The translations under genes and the position numbers were made by a program. Of a stretch of DNA of 64,000 nucleotides, positions 59,899 to 64,000 are shown one piece after another (positions within the stretch are counted from its first letter, which is position 1; every line of letters begins with the position of its first letter). Under the pieces are notes generated by a model, which did not search any database, was not told the origin of the DNA, and saw nothing but the letters and a program-made list of their open reading frames with translations. The DNA is from an archaeon. Its GTDB lineage: Archaea > SpSt-1190 > DYHY01. Location of the stretch: assembly GCA_043803745.1 (NCBI GenBank), contig JAZDJS010000002.1, positions 12,235 through 76,234 of the forward strand, in the 5' to 3' direction.

Positions 59899-59931
59899 GG
59901 AACCCCCCGGGAACCCCCCGGGAACCCCCCA
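59899..59931. repeat. 11-nt tandem repeat x3 (ggaaccccccg); G6 tracts on the minus strand
   Basis: Units at 59899, 59910 and 59921 (the last base of unit 3 differs). The array is intergenic, upstream of the frameshifted trmB-like gene. The minus strand reads GGGGGGTTCCCGGGGGGTTCCCGGGGGGTTCCAAAGGG, which gives four G-tracts. Confidence 0.9.
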
Positions 59932-59993
59932 GCAGCTTCACTATGTCACTGAACCAAGTTACTATTTATAACCTTTCCTAAATAGTTGGTATT

Positions 59994-60002
59994 CTTATAA
60001 AT
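59994..60002 (+). promoter_or_regulatory. TATA-like box (CTTATAAAT)
   Basis: The box starts 36 nt upstream of the ATG at 60030. Confidence 0.45.
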
Positions 60003-60029
60003 ACGGAGAGGCGCCATTATCTGGACGAG

Positions 60030-60272
60030 ATGGCAACGAAAAAGAAACCCTCTCCAAAGGGCGCCGCGCCTTCGGGAGCCTCCCTGGAGAAAAAGCGGAA
60101 GAAATCCAACCTCCCCAACCTGCTGACCGGATTCTTCATGATCCTTGCGGGACTCGCTTTCACACTGACCGGAATCGGGGCGATTGTCGGGCTTCCGCTT
60201 TTCCTTGTCGGAATAGTTCTCACCGGATTCTTCTTCCTCAAGGAGAGGCGGGAATCCGCAGAAAGATTATAA
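60030..60272 (+). CDS. Small membrane protein (basic N-terminus, two TM helices)
   Basis: MATKKKPSPKGAAPSGASLEKKRKKSNLPNLLTGFFMILAGLAFTLTGIGAIVGLPLFLVGIVLTGFFFL. Confidence 0.5.
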   Translation: MATKKKPSPKGAAPSGASLEKKRKKSNLPNLLTGFFMILAGLAFTLTGIGAIVGLPLFLVGIVLTGFFFLKERRESAERL

Positions 60273-60274
60273 AA
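60266..60274 (+). promoter_or_regulatory. TATA-like box (ATTATAAAA) for pyk, overlapping the upstream stop codon
   Basis: The box starts 32 nt upstream of the ATG at 60298. Confidence 0.45.
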
Positions 60275-60297
60275 CCCCTCCGCGGGCGCAGTTCCCG

Positions 60298-61737
60298 ATG
60301 AAATTTCTCAAGAGGGCGACCTTCAAGAGGACGAAAATACTCTGCACAATAGGTCCCGTCTCGATGGACGCGGGGATTATGAAGAAGCTTTTCGAGGCGG
60401 GGATGGACGGGGTGCGGATAAACACCGCCCACGGGGATTTTGCCCAGTACGACCAGATACTCGCGAATGCCCGTTCGATTGCCGAGCTTCCGATTCTCGT
60501 CGATATCAAGGGTCCTGAAGTGCGGACAAGGGTTTCCCGGGAAATCCAGGTTTCCAGGGGCACGCTGCTCGACATCTCGCTTTCCGGAGATTGCGCGCTT
60601 TCGTTCTCCTACAACTTCCTTTCGGAAGTAAAGACGGGCGCCCGGATATTCATTGAGGATGGGAAGCTTTCGGGAATGCTTGAGGAAGTCGACGGCAGGG
60701 GCAAGGGAAAAATACGGTTCGAGACTCCCGGAATCCTGAAGGACCGGAAGAACGTCAACATTCCCGGATACGAACTGAAGGTTCCCCTTCTTTCGGAAAA
60801 GGACCTGAAGTCAATTGCCTGGGCGGTTGAGAACGAGGTCGAGTTCATCGCGCTTTCATTCGTCCGCTCGGCCGGGGAGGTGGAGAACCTGAGAAAACAC
60901 ATCCCGAAGGGTTCCCGGATGAAGATAATTTCCAAGGTCGAGGACGAGAACGGGGTCAAGCGGATTGACGAGATAATCGCCGCTTCCGACGGAATAATGA
61001 TTGCCCGCGGGGACCTCGGGGTCGAAATACCCCCCGAGAAAATCCCCCTTTTCCAGAAGGGGACAATCGCTAAATGCAACCGGGCGGGGAAGATAGTGAT
61101 CACCGCGACCCAGATGCTTGACTCGATGGTCGAGCGGCCCCGCCCGACAAGGGCGGAAACGAGCGACGTTGCGAACGCGGTGCTTGACGGAACGGACGTC
61201 GTCATGCTTTCGGGCGAAACCTCAGCTGGGAAATACCCGGTCGAGGCGGTCCGGGAGATGGCGCGGATTTCCGCCGAGGTTGAGCCGGCAATTGCCCACA
61301 ACATCGAAAATTCCCCCGCGGAAACCGTTTCCGACGCAATCGGCGCGGCAATAGACTCGATAATAAGGCAGCTTCCCGTGACGAAGATAGTTGCGATAAC
61401 AAAAAGCGGCTACAGCGCGGCTGCGATATCCCGCTACAAGCCCAAGGAGCCGATAATCGCAATAACCCCCGACCCGGTCACCTACAGGCAGATGAAGCTT
61501 GTCTGGGGCGTGAATTCAATCCTCTTCCTTGACGTCAACCTCAAGCACAAGATTTCTTCCTCAATAGAGTTCCTTGTCCGGGAGAAAATTCTTTCGGAAA
61601 AGGACCTTGCAGTATTCACCGCAGGGGCAAGAACTAAAAGGCCGAAGGCGAGCAACATCATCGAAGTCCACTATGTGAAAGACCTTGTGGAGTTCTTTTC
61701 GGAGAAGGAAGCCAATGGAAAAAGGAAAAAAAGCTGA
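60298..61737 (+). CDS. pyk: Pyruvate kinase
   Basis: TKILCTIGPVS, GMDGVRINTAHG, DIKGPEVR, IISKVEDENGV, MIARGDLGVEIP, ATQMLDSM and MLSGETSAGKYP. Confidence 0.95.
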   Translation: MKFLKRATFKRTKILCTIGPVSMDAGIMKKLFEAGMDGVRINTAHGDFAQYDQILANARSIAELPILVDIKGPEVRTRVSREIQVSRGTLLDISLSGDCALSFSYNFLSEVKTGARIFIEDGKLSGMLEEVDGRGKGKIRFETPGILKDRKNVNIPGYELKVPLLSEKDLKSIAWAVENEVEFIALSFVRSAGEVENLRKHIPKGSRMKIISKVEDENGVKRIDEIIAASDGIMIARGDLGVEIPPEKIPLFQKGTIAKCNRAGKIVITATQMLDSMVERPRPTRAETSDVANAVLDGTDVVMLSGETSAGKYPVEAVREMARISAEVEPAIAHNIENSPAETVSDAIGAAIDSIIRQLPVTKIVAITKSGYSAAAISRYKPKEPIIAITPDPVTYRQMKLVWGVNSILFLDVNLKHKISSSIEFLVREKILSEKDLAVFTAGARTKRPKASNIIEVHYVKDLVEFFSEKEANGKRKKS

Positions 61738-62653
61738 ACAAGTTGCGATAATCGGTTCAGGGTCGGCAGGCCTCACTGCCGCAATCTATTGCGCAAGGGC
61801 CGACCTTTCTCCGCTCGTTGTAACTGGCTATGAGGAGGGGGGCCAGCTGACTCTCACCACGGCCGTCGAGAATTTTCCCGGATTTTCCGCGGGCGTTCTC
61901 GGACCTTCCCTTATGCAGGAGATGCGCAAGCAGGCTGAAAAATTCGGGGCGAAATTCATCTTTGCAAAAGCGGTTTCCTTTTCAAAGGGCCCGGGAATAT
62001 TCAAAATAGGCCTCGATTCCGGGGAGGAGGTGATTGCGCGCGCGGTAATAGCTGCGACCGGGGCATCAGCCAGGTTCCTCGGGATTCCCGGGGAAAAGGA
62101 ACTTGTCGGCAAGGGGGTTTCGACCTGCGCAACCTGCGACGCGCATTTCTACAGGGGAAAAGGGGTTGCCGTTGTCGGAGGCGGGGATTCCGCCTGCGAG
62201 GAAGCGCTTCATCTTGCCAAGTTCGCGGAATCGGTAACCCTGATACATCGGCGCGACAAGCTCAGGGCAAGCAAGATAATGCAGGAGCGGCTTCTTTCGA
62301 ACCCGAAGGTCAGCATAATCTGGGATTCCGCCGTCGAGAAGGTTTCCGGGTCCGAAAAGCTCGAGAGCATTCTGTTGAAAAATCTGAAGACGGGAGAAAC
62401 GCGCGCTTTCCCGGTTGACGGACTTTTCCTCGCAGTCGGGCACATCCCCAACACAGAGATTTTCAAGGGGCTTGTCGAAATGAATGAACTGGGCTATCTC
62501 AAATCCGGCAAGTCAACTGCAACGAACGTTCCGGGCTTTTTCGCAGCCGGCGACGTCGCCGACCCCCGGTACAGGCAGGCGATAACCGCCGCAGGCGAGG
62601 GCTGCAAAGCCGCTCTCGAAGCAGAGCGTTACCTAACCGAGCAAGAAGTCTAG
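61715..62653 (+). CDS. trxB: Thioredoxin-disulfide reductase
   Basis: VAIIGSGSAGLTAAIY, redox-active CATCD, VVGGGDSACEEA and GFFAAGDV. I prefer the ATG at 61715 (MEKGKKAEQ). It overlaps the pyk 3' end by 23 nt. Confidence 0.9.
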   Translation: MEKGKKAEQVAIIGSGSAGLTAAIYCARADLSPLVVTGYEEGGQLTLTTAVENFPGFSAGVLGPSLMQEMRKQAEKFGAKFIFAKAVSFSKGPGIFKIGLDSGEEVIARAVIAATGASARFLGIPGEKELVGKGVSTCATCDAHFYRGKGVAVVGGGDSACEEALHLAKFAESVTLIHRRDKLRASKIMQERLLSNPKVSIIWDSAVEKVSGSEKLESILLKNLKTGETRAFPVDGLFLAVGHIPNTEIFKGLVEMNELGYLKSGKSTATNVPGFFAAGDVADPRYRQAITAAGEGCKAALEAERYLTEQEV

Positions 62654-62720
62654 GCTCCTGTCAAGCTTTTTGCTTGGCAAAGCCGCTCTCGAAGCAGAGC
62701 GCTATTTGAACGAGACCTGA
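62604..62720. repeat. Duplicated trxB 3' end: a functional copy plus a diverged orphan copy 73 nt downstream
   Basis: An exact 25-mer gcaaagccgctctcgaagcagagcg occurs at 62604-62628 and 62677-62701. Copy 1 continues ttacctaaccgagcaagaagtctag (RYLTEQEV, stop). Copy 2 continues ctatttgaacgagacctga (RYLNET, stop). Confidence 0.85.
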
Positions 62721-62739
62721 GCCGAACTTTCAAAGGAGA

Positions 62740-62749
62740 TTTTATAAAC
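62740..62749 (+). promoter_or_regulatory. TATA-like box (TTTTATAAAC)
   Basis: The box starts 30 nt upstream of the ATG at 62770. Confidence 0.5.
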
Positions 62750-62769
62750 TCGCTAGCAATCCCTCCGAA

Positions 62770-63546
62770 ATGGGAACACACACGCCCGGATATGGAGACG
62801 AACTTCTTAGCCATGGACGATTGGCAAGCCGGCTAAGCGAAGCGTATTTTTCTGCAATTGGCGGGAACTTTGGAAAAGAAAAGTTTCCAATCCTGACGGA
62901 TCCTTTCGAAGCGGGAGACCTCTCCTTTCCAGAGGGGTTTGTCGTAGGCAAGCCTTACTTTGAAGTCTCACCTCCCCAACCGAACAACCCGGACTTTACT
63001 ACTGGTGACGCGCTCGTCTATCTGCGTATTCCTTTGAGTAAGAGGCGCTTTCCCTATGGAGAAAGAACGCAGATTGTGCGCGTTCTGGAGTTGAATGAAC
63101 AAACAAAGGGGCTGCTTTCCCAGATCTATGCCAAGCCTTTCGAAGTCGGGATGGACTCCGACCGGGTCTGCGTTGCCAGGCCGTATCTTGGAGAAGGGGA
63201 TTCCAATGAAAAAGTGGTTCTTGCGAAAGTCGGTTTCGGGCTTGAATCCTCACCCCGTTCTAGAAATGCGCCCGGCAACCTTGATTTCAGAGATCATTTG
63301 GATATGGCGCGGCCATATCTTGAGGTTTTTTCTTATGCTCCGGACGGGATACTCTCAAGGCGAAACCCTGTCGAAAGGCGGGAACTGATATTGCGGGCAT
63401 CAAACCATGCTGTAAGAAATTTCGAAATAGTCCTAGGCGCAGCTCATCAGGCCCTGACAGGCGAGGGAATTGAAAAGGAGTACCCGTTAACCTGCCCTGA
63501 AAGCCTTGATGATTTTGTCGCCCTTTACAACCCGCCGGTTAAATGA
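62770..63546 (+). CDS. Hypothetical protein (258 aa), no family recognised; codon usage looks more A/T-ending than its neighbours
   Basis: ATG ORF behind a good TATA box. Many codons end in A or T (gga, aca, ttg, cgt, att, cct, agt, aga, caa, gat, tct), unlike the c/g-ending preference seen elsewhere in the window. Confidence 0.55.
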   Translation: MGTHTPGYGDELLSHGRLASRLSEAYFSAIGGNFGKEKFPILTDPFEAGDLSFPEGFVVGKPYFEVSPPQPNNPDFTTGDALVYLRIPLSKRRFPYGERTQIVRVLELNEQTKGLLSQIYAKPFEVGMDSDRVCVARPYLGEGDSNEKVVLAKVGFGLESSPRSRNAPGNLDFRDHLDMARPYLEVFSYAPDGILSRRNPVERRELILRASNHAVRNFEIVLGAAHQALTGEGIEKEYPLTCPESLDDFVALYNPPVK

Positions 63547-63549
63547 AAC

Positions 63550-63753
63550 TCACTTCTTCCCGGTATGCTTCATCGATGACCCGCCGTAATGCGGAAGTGC
63601 GGCAGCCTTCTGCGCCCGCTCGTGCGCCTCGAGACGTTTCCTGTCAATGTAGAGTTTGAGGCTGTCAACCCCCTTCTTCGCTGCAAACCCCAAGAGGGAG
63701 AGCCCAATAACGAAGACCGCGATATACAATACTGTTGTCAGGAACGGATCCAT
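63550..63753 (-). CDS. Small membrane protein (one TM, basic C-terminus)
   Basis: MDPFLTTVLYIAVFVIGLSLLGFAAKKG... Confidence 0.45.
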   Translation of the reverse strand: MDPFLTTVLYIAVFVIGLSLLGFAAKKGVDSLKLYIDRKRLEAHERAQKAAALPHYGGSSMKHTGKK

Positions 63754-63759
63754 ATGCCC

Positions 63760-64000
63760 CTACTCACCCGGGCTGCTTAATAATGTTTCTTGCCCCTTTC
63801 CACGCCTCTTGACATATTCCCGGTAAAGGCTTTCGACGTTCCGTTCGGTAACGTAGTTCTTGTGGTGCCTGAATCCCCCTCCGAAGCTTGCGGGGATGTG
63901 CATTATCTCGTGTATGAGGACCCGGTCCTTTTCCTCCTCGCTCAGGCGGTCGTACCTCTCGCTGATGACCTCGACAAGATAGACAGCCTTCCTTGCAAGG
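63760..64000 (-). CDS. Putative zinc metallopeptidase (HExxH), C-terminal part; 5' end lies outside the window
   Basis: Hand translation of the minus strand gives ...VLIHEIMHIPASFGGGFRHHKNYVTERNVESLYREYVKRRGKGQETLLSSPGE, with the stop at 63762-63760. It resembles the small archaeal predicted-metallopeptidase family (COG4900-like, from memory). Confidence 0.5.
   Translation of the reverse strand, partial: LARKAVYLVEVISERYDRLSEEEKDRVLIHEIMHIPASFGGGFRHHKNYVTERNVESLYREYVKRRGKGQETLLSSPGE

Noticed and set aside
52547-59931. Short tandem arrays (12 nt x4 at 52547, 11 nt x3 at 59899) as CRISPR arrays
   Set aside because: The units are contiguous with no spacers and are far shorter than CRISPR repeats. 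No cas genes are present.
62604-64000. Integrated mobile element at the trxB 3' end
   Set aside because: The two trxB-end copies are only 73 nt apart, so nothing is bracketed between them. There is no integrase, transposase or second distant repeat within the window. I report it only as a recombination scar with an atypical downstream gene.

Overview
GC-rich, gene-dense prokaryotic window. I read it as an uncultivated archaeon, possibly a small-genome or symbiotic lineage; that last part is inference only. Support for archaeal origin: an archaeal/eukaryal-type ATP-dependent DNA ligase, SMC, TrmB-type regulators, PGF-pre-PGF and YVTN surface-protein domains, and a very regular TTTTAAA/TTTATAA box that starts 28-36 nt upstream of many start codons (leaderless-type architecture). 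I saw no rRNA, tRNA, CRISPR array, integrase or transposase. Contents: (i) two blocks of cell-surface proteins. The first (3.7-14.4 kb) holds a 2673-aa giant ORF coupled through an ATGA overlap to a ~910-aa partner. The second (22.4-31.8 kb) holds three more. (ii) Many cation transporters: two CPA antiporters, two CaCA paralogues, an H+-pyrophosphatase, a DUF21-CBS protein and two ABC systems. (iii) Housekeeping genes: Lon-like protease, SMC, DNA ligase, pyruvate kinase, TrxB, guanine deaminase, Nudix, nitroreductase. (iv) A polar-lipid head-group locus. (v) An unusual operon of a ParB/Srx-like protein and a dTMP-kinase::HAD-IIIA phosphatase fusion. Two themes recur. One is decay: four gene remnants or frameshifts, plus three proteins with intact folds but eroded catalytic motifs (Lon AAA+, DHH, aminotransferase). 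The other is short perfect repeats: tandem 11-12-mers in front of two wHTH regulator genes, duplicated gene 3' ends, and an exact 41-nt in-frame repeat inside the ligase gene. All calls come from reading motifs by eye. No database search or computation was run.
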